DNA of 64,000 bases, taken from assembly GCA_043228905.1 (NCBI GenBank), contig JBHGNT010000015.1, positions 7,750,001-7,814,000 on the forward strand, given 5' to 3'. Origin of the DNA: Azolla caroliniana. Its lineage: Eukaryota > Plantae > Polypodiophyta. Position numbers and translations under genes: made by a program. The notes below the pieces were generated by a model. The model ran no database searches, had not been told where the DNA came from, and saw only the letters and a program-made list of their open reading frames with translations. Shown here one piece after another: positions 1 to 13,480 of the stretch. Positions within the stretch are counted from its first letter, which is position 1. Each line of letters begins with the position of its first letter.

Positions 1-2
1 CC

Positions 3-2135
3 AAAAGACAGCAGCTGCTGGCGTCAAAGGCGACGAAAGGGAAGAAACGGCTCCCAGAACCGGAGGAAGTGTCACCGGTGGGACCCGTTAAGATAACCAT
101 ACGGCGACCGGGACAGAAGGAACCAGAACCCTTGAGCGCACAGAAACATGCCGTTACCCAGGAAGAGGAAACGGAGGAGCCAGAAGAGCACCTCCAACGA
201 CGGTCAAGAAGTAGGACCGCCGGGACAGCGGGGGAGCGTTCGTACCCGCAAGAGGAAGAAACGCCCCCAACTCAACCTGAGCAAACCACAAGGGAGGAAC
301 CGGAACCGGTGCGTATGGAACCGGCCTTGTCGACTTCTATAGAAGAAGTCATTCCAACGGCTCCGGACACGGCGAGAACCGGAACTCAACAGCCGGCGAG
401 CCCAGCCAGCACACACGGCGGCCAAGGAGTAGAACCAGAACGGCAGATACAGGCAGTCAGGCCAGACAATTCCACAGTGAACGAGCCAACCCGACTAGTA
501 CAGCAACAAGGCACCAGTAGCATGTGGCTACGGTGGGTAGGCGAGCAGATCGCCGGAGCGGTCGAGTACATAGAGGCGGAGGAGAGAGTGCACCAGGAAC
601 GGTTGCTCGTCACAACCGTAGATCTAGAGACGGCCCGGTCCAGAATCCGGAGCCTTGAACAAGACTTGGACAGGGTCACAAGGGAAATGGCTCAATTGGC
701 TTTGACAACACAAGTCCAAGCACCGGTGACTCCGGGCAATGTACAGAATAAAGCGTCAGATCAACCTGTACATAGCAATCAGACCCCGGCAACGGAAACC
801 GTTCCGGAGAGAAATGCGGCACAAGCCCAAGAGCTTGCGGACTTAAAGGATGAGCTAGCTGCTCAAGAAGCGCTGAGGAGCCGCGAAAGAGAGTTGAAGA
901 TGGCAGCGGAGGCAGAACTCAAAAAGACTGCTGAGAATCTACGCCGGGCCGAGGAGAGCTTACGAAAGGGCCACCAAGCGTACGACCGGCTCAACGAGGA
1001 AAAGGAGAAAATGCTGCAAGAGAAGGACAGGCTCCGGAGGAACGCCGAAACAGAAGTAGAGCGCCTGAAAGAGGAACTCCGGTAGGTAAAGGACCGGGAG
1101 GACCGGAACCATCGACAGATCAACGGCAAGCTCAAACAAAAAACGGAGGAATTTGAGCACTTGCACCGGGAGTATAAACGGTTGCAAACGGAGCACAAGG
1201 AACGGACAGACGAGCTCCGGCAAGCAGTTGATCGGACCGCAACGGCATACGCGAAGGAACAAGCGGAAACCAGAAGACGGTTGGAAGAGGCGGAGAAGGT
1301 TCGGACAGAGCTCCTCAGGCAACAACAGGCGGAAAAAGAAAGAGCGGCGGAGGTACTGCAGAGGCTGCAGACAACATATCAAGGGCAGCTGACGCGCTAC
1401 AGAGAGCAGGCGGAGGATACGACGAATCTCATCAAGCAGTTGAAGGAGGAGCGACAAGTGGTGGAAAGTAGAGCGCAAATGGGAGCAAGTCGCATCCAGG
1501 ATATCATGCGGGCCTGGTTGAACCAGACCAAGAGCTTGATTGACAACGGTTCCGTCAAATGGTGGACCAAGTGGGCCACGAACGCGGCGGAACTCCAATT
1601 GCTCCGGGCCGACGTAGAAAACCGGCGGAAGGAGGGAGATGATTGCTATATGCTGACTTCCGAAGACTTCACCGGCATAAGAGATGAGCTGGTCGAAGAC
1701 TTTCAAGCCTTGGCAGAGGACCAACTAGGGCAAGTCCGGCAACTTGTAGCTCAGCTGGACGACGACAGGCTGGAGGCGCAGATCCAGTTTGAAAGCTACG
1801 AGAGGTCCCGGATCCGGGAACAGAAAGCACGAGAACCGGTTACGGTCAACCTCAGTGATGAGGAACCGTTACTGGAAGGAGACCGGACCGGAAGCAGTCA
1901 AACGGAGATGCCGGAGTCAGAGAAACAAACGGAGCAGCAGCAGCAAGCAGAGCAGCCGGAGCAGCCTCAGTTCCAACCGCAACCACAGCAGCAGCAGCAA
2001 GCAGAGCAGCCGGAGCAGCCTCAGGCCCAACCGCAACCACAGCAGCAGCAGCAAGCACAGCCGCAACAACCACAACCGGAAGAACAAGTGGAAACTCTGG
2101 AACAAAGTATTTTGGACAATTTGGGTGAACAATGA
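3..2135 (+). pseudogene. Extra ORF (ORF3) of element A: P/E-rich linker, long coiled coil, Q/E-rich tail; one premature TAG at 1083
   Basis: ORFs 69..1085 and 1161..2135 share a frame; LKEELR*VKDRED aligns to LQEELRQQKDRDD in B, so the TAG is a mutated CAG. Confidence 0.85.
1932..2077 (+). repeat. 54-bp coding tandem repeat (QQQQAEQPEQPQxQPQPQ), ~2.5 copies
   Basis: Direct inspection of CAG-rich repeated units. Confidence 0.8.
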
Positions 2136-2168
2136 AGGTGCCGAGAAGGGTTCGACGAACAAGGTAGT

Positions 2169-2185
2169 GTCCCACGGGCGTGCCA
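2169..2185 (+). promoter_or_regulatory. tRNA-3'-end-like motif GTCCCACGGGCGTGCCA at the PPT position
   Basis: Ends in CCA 2 nt before the LTR; same motif in B; resembles plant tRNA-Arg(UCU) 3' end. Confidence 0.75.
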
Positions 2186-2187
2186 TG

Positions 2188-2606
2188 TGTTACCGGCCGG
2201 CAAGAAGTCCAAAATACGGAGTGAAGGAATTAATTAAGTAGGGTTGTAAATAAGCATAGTGTGGACGGACGGACTGGAAACGGTATGCCGTTCCAGATCC
2301 GGACGGATCCCGAATAGGTGCGATATGCACCGTTTTGTACTACGGGCCGAAAACCTATTTAAAGGCCCGGACCCCATTGTAATCGCAGCGGATAAATAAT
2401 AGAGCATATGGTGTTTATACTTCTGTGTTGATTTCCGTTTTGTAATTACTGTTATATCTTACGCGTGTAATTAACAAAAGCGATCTAATCGTGTAACCTA
2501 CGTAAGTCAGTGTAATCGTTGAATCTTAATCCTATGCCGTAATCACCCTTTGGTGAAGTGTCTCCGTGACACCTTGTGTTAGCCCTTGTCCGGCCAGAGA
2601 GTAACA
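2188..2606 (+). repeat. 3' LTR of element A (419 bp)
   Basis: TGTTAC...GTAACA terminal inverted repeat, TATTTAAA box, similarity to B LTR. Confidence 0.85.
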
Positions 2607-3012
2607 ATGGCGTCACTCTCTCACTCTTCTCTCTATCGCTCTCTCACCGGAGGCTAACACCTTATTCTGTTCAACTCACACATCTACCTAATTTTCCTTA
2701 AGTGTAATTATACTTATACATTGTATGGGCTATTTACAAATGTAGCCATTGCTATTGTCATTCCTATTATAACAATAATAGTTATTCAGCTGACTGATCG
2801 ACTAGTCGATTCTAGTGTCGATTGTCCAATCAACTCGACTAATCGGACTTGTCGTCAACCCTTTGGTCGGCCTGAATAGTCGGTCTTGTCTTCGACTTGG
2901 ATCATCTACTATGTCGACTCTCTCTCAGTTGACTCACCCAGTTGACTCTCCATGAATTGGGCACTCGGCCGAACAAGTTGGTTGCACCCATAGGAGGGAC
3001 ATATTTTTAACA
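2607..3012 (-). repeat. Partial LTR (family M) interrupted by element A
   Basis: Strong similarity to 46250-46490 (TATACTTATACA.TGTATGGGCTATTTACAAATGTAGCCA); ends TAACA at 3012 where F gag resumes. Confidence 0.65.
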
Positions 3013-6000
3013 CTTAGGCTATTCAACAAACGCATGACACAAAGAGAATTAATGCGCCAATTTTATGTGGCATATTAGGAGACATAAGAAATGGTGTCAC
3101 AATTTATCATCTTGTTCTAGAACTTGAGGAAATCGTTAAGCATGCCACAACCGGAGGTGGACGTAAAGGAAACATTTTCAACAACACTCAGAGAGCCACA
3201 CTAGAAAATGTTGGCAGTATTGGACTTCACCAAAAGTACCATCGACCAAGTTATTGAGAAAGTGCTCGATATGGATAGATTGTGGAATAGTAACAACATG
3301 TCAATGGAAGCTTTATAGAAGGCGTTGTTAACGAAAGAGGAACTCAGATTCCGGCAAGTGGTGCAATGCACGACATGCCTCAACCCCGAACACTCGACGT
3401 TGGAGTGCAGAATGCCAACACATTGCTCTTTGTGCCATTCTCGGGCCCACACCATGGATCGATATGAGTATAGATTACTAAACAGACCAGTGGCACTAAT
3501 AATACGATTTGAACCCAAAGAAGGAAGAAGTTCGGATGACAATCGGTTCCAACAGGATGAGCAATTTTGGCGGGACGAGGAGTATCGGCCAGAGGAGAGA
3601 TTCCGGTATGCGGAGAGATTCTGACCAGAAGAATACGAAGGGGGACGGTGTAATAGGGATGAATCCCCTTACTATGATTGGGAACACTGAGAGGAACAAC
3701 GGAATTTTGATAGACAAAGATTCGCTGATTAGCGAAGGAATTACAATAAAAGGTGGTCCAGTGAGAACCTGCAAAACAATCGCTCATATTGACCACAGGA
3801 TTACAAAAGAGCTTTAGATGAATGAAGGAAGCAGCCGTATGCCAAGGTATTCCAATATAATCCTAGAGGGCAAGAAGAATTGGTGCGGCATACTTCCAGA
3901 ACGCAGCCAGTTGATGCACAGAAGGGAGAAACGAGTGAGCCCTGGAAACTCTATTGCTACTTTTGTCGGCAAGAAGGGCATTATGTAAACCAATGCCCAT
4001 TAAAGGGGAAAGGCACTAACAATCAACATGCTAATCGCAGAGGCAGCTGGAGTGCAGCAAGTCATGACCCGGTCAAAGGGGAAAATGATGGAATGGGAGG
4101 CAAGAAGTGGTACGAAAAACGGCACAAAAATGGGTGGAGAAAGAAAACCAGAGAAACGTAGAAAGAATGCTCCAGGAACTGATAGAGCAAGATAAAGAGA
4201 AGACATAGTTGACAGAAGACCAAGCGCGGTGGACATTAACAGATTGTTAGATTACGATGTCGATAGCCGGATTTTTGCACTTAGTACCCCGGTTCATGGA
4301 AACAATAACAACAATCCTTAGGAAAGAATAGCCACCGGAGGCCTCAATACAGTTCACAAATCCAAGCGAGGAACCAACCGTAATGGAGGATCATAGTCCG
4401 ATAGTTAAAGTAATCATTAAACGAGTAGAAGTGCACGGAGCAATAATAGAAGGTGAATCGGGTGTAAAGGTAATAAGTAAATGAACATGTGACACCATCG
4501 GTATCCGGGAATGGGAGCGATGCCCATTCTGGCTTTGGATGGCCGACACAAGTTCCGTTTGACGACTAGGACTTATTTGGCTGTTAGAGATAACACAGGG
4601 AGGGTATGCATTTACAATTGCCGGAGTAGTCTTACAACTGGTTGCACTTGCACCGGGAGCGTACCCCCTCATGTTAGGAATGCCGTAGTTGAAAACGGCC
4701 CACATAAAGCAGAGCTGGAAAAAGAACATTATTATCTTTCAAAGGGGGAAAACAAAAGTCTAAGTCCCAACACAGGAGAGTGCAACCATTACAAAGCAGT
4801 TGGCGCCATTATACGCGGAAGGAGTTCATATGTTGGATGGATTGGTAGGATGAGGAAGTGGATGAATACCTAGAGGATAACCTGCGGATAGTTCCACTAT
4901 TTGAGGTTGATGTAGTGGAGGTGGTCATGCCATACGTATCCGGCAAGGAGTCGGAAATGGAGGAGAAGCTTACCAAACCGGATCCGGAAGCTGTCCTGGA
5001 GTTGTGTCAGACCCAGGAGGCGTTAGAAAAAGAAATGGTCGTATCACAACAAGTAAAAGCATCCACACTGGAGGAAATTAATTTGGGGACGACAAAAGAC
5101 CCCTGACCATTAAACGTAGCAAAGGAGATGCGATAGGTGGAAAAATCGGAGATGATTGCAATATTGAAGGAATTCAAGGATGTTTTTTCTTGGTGGTACG
5201 AGGACATGAAGGGACTAGATCCGAAATTCTACCAGCATCAAATTCACTTGAGTAAGGATGCAAAAACGGTAGCCCAACGGTGATACCGGATGAACCCTGA
5301 CTACACAATAAGTCAAAGAGGAAATTGACAAATTGTTAAGGGTTGGATTTATACGACCAGTAAAACAAGCTACAGAGTTGAGTCTGATAGTGGTGGTACC
5401 CAAGAAAACCAGGAAAATTAGGGTCTATGTGGATTACCGAAAGCTAAATGCAACGATGATCATAGAAATCATTTCGCTTCGTTTTACAGATGAAGTAATC
5501 GATGCAAGTTCTTTGGATGGTTTCAACAACTATAACCAGATTAGAATGTATCCAAGCGATCAAGAAAAAATGACGTTCCTCATAGAATGGGGAGTGTTCG
5601 TTGCGGTAGTCATGATGTTCGGATTAAACACAACGCCAACAAGATTTCAATGGATCATTATGGAGATTTTCGGAGAATATACTCCGATGCTCATGCAGGT
5701 ATTTGTTAATGATTTCGCAGTTTACAGTCGGAAAGCTGAATACCTGGGTCATCTTTGGATGTTTCTAGAGAAATGCCGAATTTCGCAACTTAGTTTGAAT
5801 CTGGCCAAATGTGCATTCAGAGCCACAAGTGGTGCATTGTTAGGGCATATTGTTAGCAAGGAGGGGATCACGGTAGATTCAGATAAAGTGAAGACAATCC
5901 TAGGCGCATCAGTCCCAACTAATGCCAAAGCATTAAGCCAAATTTTAGGTCAAATCCGGTGACGTAGCCGGATGCTGAGGTACCTGGCAGACTTCGTAAC

Positions 6001-6665
6001 ACCATTACACGTCGTAGTACACAGAGTACCATTTCAATTACCTGACATGGAAGACAAAGCATGCAATGCATTATAAATGATGTTGTCATAGGCCTCGATT
6101 GTCCAAGCACCGGATTGGTCCAACGATTTCCACGTGTTCGTGTATGTATCAGATATACCAATTGGGAGTGCTTTGATGTAGCTTACAGAACCAAAGTGGT
6201 ACTGACCGGTGTTCTACATGAGCCAAAAGTTATCAAGAGCGGAACTAAATTATTCGACAACAGGAAAGGAGGCTCTAGGGATGGTTTATATTGTGAATAA
6301 GTACCAACATTACCTTATGGGCTGGAAATTTTCGTTTCATGGAAACCATTGAACACTACTATACTTGATGTGAAAGGCCTCACTAACCGGAAAATTGGCC
6401 TAGTGGATCCTTCTATTACAGGAATTTGAATTTGACATCTACCATCGGCCTGGGTGCAACACGAAATCGTGGATTACTTGAGCCAACTCGAATTCGGTGA
6501 AAAAGGCGATGGTGTCCAGGATGATTTTCCGGACAGACAGTTGTTTAGGGTCGAGGTAGAGGACTCGGCCAATCCGACGGATTTCCCAGAGGACTAGTGG
6601 TTACTCAAGGTGACACATTTTTTAAGTACAAGACTACCACTGGAAGGCATGGATTGCAATGAATG
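3013..6665 (+). pseudogene. pol: Degenerate Gypsy element F: gag (CCHC knuckles), protease, RT, RNase H; A/B family
   Basis: CTTCLNPEH and CYFCRQEGH knuckles, VDYRKLN and RT motifs, collinear with B gag-pol; many stops and frameshifts. Confidence 0.9.
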
Positions 6666-7055
6666 TGTTGAGCGAGCAAGCTCAACTTGGCCCAGTTTGG
6701 CTGAAGAAGCCGGGAGCCGGATTAGATGAAGACCAATTGGCTAGGCCGGATCGGCGGGAGCCGGAAGGCTGTTGGAAAGATATTCTGTGATGGAATATAT
6801 TTGGGAGTTAGTGTAGGAGCTCCTTTATGAGCATTCAAGTACTGATGGTACTTGTGTCAGTCCTTTTAAGGACTTGTATAAAAGTGATCTTTGAGCACAT
6901 TCGATGTATAGAACAAAGTATTATTTTGAAACTAAGTTTTGTTGTTTGGCTCGCTCTCTATCTCTCTTTGATGTATTGTTCTCAAGCTTTCCATTAAATT
7001 TGCATGTCTATTTTCTGTTACTATTCAGCTAAGTGGTTTGTGTGTAGCTTCCGCA
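6666..7055 (+). repeat. 5' LTR of Copia G
   Basis: TGTTGAG...CA followed by tRNA-iMet-type PBS; similar to LTRs at 13481, 49549, 60475. Confidence 0.85.
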
Positions 7056-10000
7056 TGGTATCAAAGTGCGAGGGTTAGAACATCCTCTGTTGTTGACAAG
7101 AACATTCAAACACAAAGCCAAGGAAGTTATTTTTTCGAAAAAAAAAAACAGAAGAGAAATGGACAGAGGTATGGGAAGCTTGCTTCTAATGGAGAAGCTC
7201 GACAAAAGCAACTACGCATCGTGCTCATACAAGATGCACCAATACCTCCTTGGACACTAGTACTGGAGTTATGTCAAAGGAGCGAACGATGCAACACCAG
7301 ACACAGTGCACAAGGATTTTCCGACCTGGGAGCAGGTGGCAAGCAAAGTAATGTACTGCTTCACATCCAACATTGGTGATAAGCTATTCAACTACATTTG
7401 GGATGCCAAGATGCCCAAAGATGCTTGGAGGAACCTGAAGAAGGTTTTTGCGGCAAGCACAATGGCCAGGAAGCAGTAGCTTCCGCAAGAGCTCAACAAT
7501 GTCCGACAAAAAAATCTGCCTGTGGCCGATTATACAACCCGAATTAGGGACATCTGCAACTCCCTTGCCACCATCAACGTGACCGTCGAAGAGTAAAAAA
7601 TGGTGCAGGTTTGTTTGGGGGGCTGGCGTCTAAGTTTGGATCATTCTGAATGGCTAGTTGCATGAGAGAACCATGCGAGTGCGTCGACGAGTACACATAC
7701 CATGAGAGATAGTCCCTATGGTCACAGTGGACGAGGCAGGTCGGCATGCAATGGAGGCAACCGATAGGAGCAAAACCGAAGGCATAGTCGAGATGCCAAC
7801 AACAATTCGGGACCCTCTAGAAACAGGGGGAGTCAAGGCGGTGCCGGGAAGCAAGCAAAGGCCGAAACATAATGTTGCTATTGTGGCAAGAAAGACCACT
7901 GAGAGAGCAAGTGCTGGAAGAAGCGCTCCGATTTAGACAAATTTGGATCAATCCGGGGAGACACAAATAGGCGTTAAAGATCACACTACACCGAGGGCTC
8001 AAGAGGAACCAGAAATGGATCGGGCCTAGCCTTTGTAATGAAGCACAAGGCTAATTCAATGAAGACAAGCACCTCGAAACCAAACAAGAAATGATATGTT
8101 GATTCTGGGGCGTCGAACCACATGATGAGCCACAAGGAGTGGTTCTTGTTTGGAGAAACTAGACCAAACTGGGGGTTGTCGAAATTAGTGATGACGCCCC
8201 ACATACCATTGAACATGTCGGTGAAGTCCCCTTAAAAAACCATGTCAGACCAAAAGGGAAGCGGATGAATGTCCTACACGTTCCGACAATCATGAAGAAG
8301 CTTGTGTCTATGGGACAGATTGTTGACCAAGGGATGTAGGTTCGGTTCACACACTTTGGGTGTTTCATTGAAGAGGAGGACAAAGTCATCACACAAGGGC
8401 GCCGAGAAGGGAGAATGTTCATCCTCGAAATGAACGAAGTCGGAACCACTATGTTTGCGAAAGGCCAAAAGGTCGAGTCGGATATCGATCTATGGGACGA
8501 ATGGTTCGGCCATGTCAACTTCCCGCGGTTTCGAGAAATGCAAACGAAGAATATCATTTCAGGTTGCCGAAATTCAGTGGTCGGAATGGCCAAGTTTGCG
8601 AAGCCTGCCAGCTAGGGATGCAACACTGACATCCATTCCCAAATGAGCAAAATCGGAGCTAGAACCTGTTCGATTTGATCCATTCGGATGTGTGGGGACC
8701 GACACAGAACCTGAGCATCGGAGAAAGCCGTTATTTTGTAACCTTCATCGATGACTACACCCGACACACTTGGGCATGCTTGATCGCGAAGAAGAACAGA
8801 GTCTTCTCCTGTTTCATGAAGGTGAAGAGCCTTGCCGAAAGGGAAACTGGCCGAAAGGGAAAGAGAACTTTTACGATCCGTTCTCTAGCTATCTGCAAAA
8901 AGAAGGAATTCGACACGAATTCTCCTACAGATACACGCCGCAGCAGAACGACATGGCTGAGAGGAAGAATCAGATGATTAAAGAGGCAACAAGGGCAATG
9001 CTTGAGGAGAAGCATATGCTAATGTTTTATTGGACTAAAGTTGTCCGAACAACCGTATACCTATAGAATCAGACTGAAGTTGTATTTTGGGAAGAAGTCG
9101 AACTTGGGAAACTTGCGGGTGTTTGGCAGCATTGCCTATGTGCATGTGCCGAAGGAGAAGAGGAGGAAGCTAAACGTGAAAACCAAGAAGTGCATTTTCA
9201 TTGGCTACGCGGACGAACAGAAGGGTTATAAATGTTATAACCCCCGAACCAAACAGGTTCAGGTTAGTAGAGATGTCATGTTCGATGAGTCAGCGTCATG
9301 ATACTTGCCCTCGTCTCCAACCCCCGACATTCCATTCCGATCTTTGAGGACGAGGTAGGTGAGGCCGAAATGCCTCAGAAGAAGAAGAAAACAGAGCTCT
9401 AGCAAAGAGTCTAATCTCATTCTGGATGAGTGGGTCGAATAAAGAGCTGAGCTAGAAAGACTAGCAGGATGATGAGCCGGCAAGTAGTGGGGACTCGGCT
9501 GTGCTCTCCCTACACAAGGAACTGAGGAGATGGTTCCCACGCAAAGACAAGGGGAAGATAAAGATGCCAGAGTTTGGCACAGATGCCGATTTTCTAGACT
9601 AGACTGAATCCGAAACGGTCAAGAGCGAAGCCTGACCGCTAGAAAGGAAGTCGGAGTCGGCCAAGAGGGCCATAAAATTGGCCAAGCAGAAGTTGCGCTG
9701 ATATACCCGCTAGAAGAACCGTGTAGCTCGATACAGATATAAAGAATACATGGCACATCATTATGTGTACATGACAAAGGTGGCAGAAGTGCATGAGACG
9801 AGGAGCTACGCAGAAGCAACAAAGGATGCGAATTGGCGTGGCGTGATGGAGGAAGAGATGCACGCACTAGCCGAGAACGAAACATGGGACCTGTTTGACA
9901 TTCAGAAGGGTGTAAAGCCAATCGAATGTAGGTGGGTGTACAAGGTCAAGTACAACAACGACGGTCCTATCAACAGATACAAAACTCGGTTAGTGGTGAA

Positions 10001-10977
10001 GGGCTATGTGCAACAACATAACGTCGATTGCGATGAGACGTTTGCGCTGGTCACGAAGATGACGACCACTTGTGGTGGCTGCAGCAAAGGGGTGACATTT
10101 ACATCAAATGGATGTAAAGTCTACGTTCCTACAGGGTGAGGTTGAGGAACAACTGTACATGGTACAACCCCCCGAATTCTAGTCTGGTTTGAGCATGTTG
10201 GCTACTTGCCGACTGAAGAAGTCCCTCTATGAACTAAAGCAAGCCCCATGTGCCTGGAACGTGAAGATCACGCAGCGACTGTGTCGGATGTGGTTTGCCG
10301 TGTCTAGGTCGGATTCTTCACCTGACAAGGTCAGAATGGGCTAGTAAGTCTCTTACTCTATGTTGATGATTTAGTCATCGCCGACGCGGACCTACATGAA
10401 ATCAAACGTGTCAAGTCCCAACTAGCGGCATCATTCGACATGAAGGATCTGGGGGACCTTCATTACTTCCTTGGGCTCTAAGTGATCCTTACCCCTGAAG
10501 GCATACTGATCAGCCAACGACACTATGTGTTGAGTATGCTCTTCAAGTTTGGAATGACAGAATGCAAATCCGTCTCAACTCCTCTGGATAAGAATGTGAA
10601 GCTTCACCCCGACTTTGGAATGGCATGCGACCTGCAATGGTTGCGACAGATTCTTGGAAGCCTTATCTACTTGACCATCACCCGGCCTGATCTCAGTTAT
10701 CCACTCCACTTGATTAGTTAGTTCATGGCACACCCGACTGTCAAACACCTTCAATGTGCGCAACAAATATTATGATATGTCAGCAGTACTAAGGACAGGG
10801 GATTGTTGTATCAGACCGATACTATCAGACAGTTGATCGGCTACATGGATGCCAATTGGGTCGGCAATCGTAGGTCTACATCAGGCTTCGCCTTTTCGCT
10901 ACGAAGTGCCGTGATCTCCCGCAGCAACAAGACGCAACTGACAGTTGCATTGTCGAGCATGGAGGCCGAGTATCGAG
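6666..10977 (+). mobile_element. Ty1/Copia element G, 3'-truncated within RNase H
   Basis: LTR 6666-7055, PBS TGGTATCAAAG 7056, gag from 7159, then DSGASNH protease, HSDVWGP integrase, RT and RH in Copia order; decayed. Confidence 0.92.
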
Positions 10978-13032
10978 ATGGAGGTTGCAGAAATTGGCCC
11001 TTCAAATATGTGACAAATATTAGGATAAGGTCAGCCAAATAGTCATAACATTATGTCGTGATGTAAACATATCATGGGCAAACATTAATCGATATCATCA
11101 TCTCACGTAAATGTCCCTCTAGACGTTGGAGATGAGGTTCAAGATCAGGTTACTATGGTAACACAAAGGTGTTTTAAAACCATGCAATGACAAATGAATG
11201 CCTTTCCCTAATCTCTACATCGATTTTCTCATGACGGCTCCCAAAGGCTCAACCATGTATGTTTGCATCATGAATAGTTTAAATACAAAAAAATGTTAAC
11301 AATAAACTATGTTTCTGTGCCCACCCATGTGGTTTCGGCTCTTTAGGTCCTATTACGAGGACCCCGAAGTGCACTTAGACCTAAAGTCTAAACATGTGTT
11401 ATAGTCATATGTATCAACAATGTTGTATGGTCTTGGTCATATTTGAACTCGAGACCTCAAGAACCAATACATTAAACACTTTTGAATGTTTAATGTTTAT
11501 GTGTATGAGAGATATGTGAAGGCATTTGCCCATATATGTTTTTCTAAATGAAAACATATATGTCGAGAGTCCTTATTTCCCCCTCGTTTACTACAAAACT
11601 ATGTTGGTACGTTACCCAACCTCAAGGCTCATCATTACGATGACATACCCCAAAGTGCAACCTAATGGTCAAACCACACGCGCCCTCTTTTCGTAGTAGG
11701 CCCACGTGGCCCATCACATGGTTACATCATTACGAATGCCTTTTGTAATGATGATCTCATGGTGGCATCGTAACCATGTAACGAGGGAGGGATGTTGGAA
11801 GCATGTGTCATAGGGGCGACCTCACATAAAGTGGGTCAAGCCCTACGCTCTCAACATCGTTGTGGATATGATTGTGTCGTTATAACGCGTAGTAAGATCG
11901 AAGTGACCAACGAGGATGACAACAAAAGAAAAAAATGTTGAAAAAAAGGATGGTGACTACGCCATTCTCACAAAAATGTGAGGATGGCCACCAAGATCCT
12001 TTCCTCGAAAAGGACAACGTTTGACATACACAATATATATTTAAAAAAATCGTAACATCACATAGCCAACAAATGATGTAAATGAAGATACATAATCGAG
12101 GCATATAGCCTCCATGCACACGGATCATCCAAAAATAAGGGTGAATGTAAATACACAATTGAGGTTTTGACCTCTTATACATACGACACTAATCACATAT
12201 CCTTTACATAGAAATCGAGGTATTGACCTCATACGCATACGTAACATATGTATGTGAACGTAATACACAATTGAGGTATTAACCTTGTACACATATAACA
12301 CGAATCACACATCAATTATATGTCAAATGAGGTATTGACCTCATACACATATGTAAATGTTTTATACAACCAATTAATTATCTCTACAACATCATTGAAT
12401 CAATGAAAGAAAACACATATGAACTATACATGATTAGATTGGGGGAAGAAGAAAGAGGTACCGAAGTTCGCTTGTTAATGCCTTTCTGAATCACGGTTGA
12501 TTGCACACCGATCGATCACCACCCATCAAAAGAAAACAATAAACAACGAAACAATGAAACATGGTTCGGATACCAATTGTTAGAGCTTAGCTACTAATAT
12601 AAGCATATGATAAAGACAAAGATAGATAAATAAGAAAGGAGAGAGAGAAAGAAGGGTGCTGATCCACCCGACCACCCCCGAGCGAAGGGATTGAGACAGA
12701 CTCAAACCTCGATCAGCATCCCAGACCACTGTCGTGGCGTCGAGTCACACTTGGTGCTCGCATGCTCGCTACAAGAGTTGACCCACCACAATGTTAGAGT
12801 CTCGATGCAGTTCATAATGTGTCAAATGAGGGTAGCTAGGCCTCATTTTTATAGCCAGACCTAAGGCCCCTAGGCAAGTTCACACTTGGCCTAATGGGTT
12901 TTCTTAATCCCAAGGATTAAAAGTAATCCTCCCCTTCTTTACACTCTCGTTTAACCCTCACACTTTATCCATGTGTAAATAATACTACGGTAAATTCTCA
13001 CCACAGGATATTATATTGTCATGCCCGTAACA
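10978..13032 (-). mobile_element. Family H LTR element copy 1, 5' LTR plus non-coding internal region
   Basis: LTR 12578-13032, PBS-like TGGTATCCGAACC, inverted homologue at 34583-36362; no recognisable ORF. Confidence 0.75.
12150..12355. repeat. Degenerate ~55-60 bp tandem array with core GAGGTATTGACCTCATAC
   Basis: Four cores visible; mirrored at 35290-35480. Confidence 0.75.
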
Positions 13033-13036
13033 CAAG

Positions 13037-13476
13037 TGTTGCCTAGAGAAGTAGAGCCGAAGTGTTGTAGATCCTGAAGACAATCTAGAAAGAGTGTGAA
13101 TACGAAAGCGGGATAATTGGGATAATTCGAAATATTACTAAATACGAAGAGATATTATGTAAAGGGATACCGGATCCGGAGGGATGTATCGATTTGGATG
13201 AGCAACGTTTTGTATTAGAATTGGTTGCCTATATAAGGAGTCCATATTGTATCGTTTTGGGGGTGCAAGTTATATAATATAATTTGGGGCTGAAACTTAT
13301 CTAATATAATTGGAATATTTGTGTACTTGAATGTCTGATCTTACACGTGTATTTGTTATCCAGATTGACGGATTGAATACGTGGATGGAATACCATACCT
13401 CCGATCACACCTTTGGATTGTATTCTAGTACAAAGTACTTATGTGTTTAGGACTAAGATTTAGTGCAGGATAAACA
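13037..13476 (+). repeat. Probable solo LTR related to A/B LTRs
   Basis: TGTT...AACA ends; shared blocks (CGTTTTGTA, CCTATATAAGG, ATCTTACACGTGTA, CCTTTGG); no clean TSD. Confidence 0.55.
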
Positions 13477-13480
13477 AAGT

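Larger units (their letters stand above)
1..2606 (+). mobile_element. 3' end of Ty3/Gypsy element A (extra ORF + 3' LTR), same family as B
   Basis: ORF homologous to the downstream ORF of B, followed by LTR TGTTAC...GTAACA; 5' part lies outside the window. Confidence 0.88.

Noticed and set aside
1083-1085. Programmed stop-codon readthrough in ORF3 of A
   Set aside because: B has Gln at this position and its stops lie elsewhere, so this is a nonsense mutation
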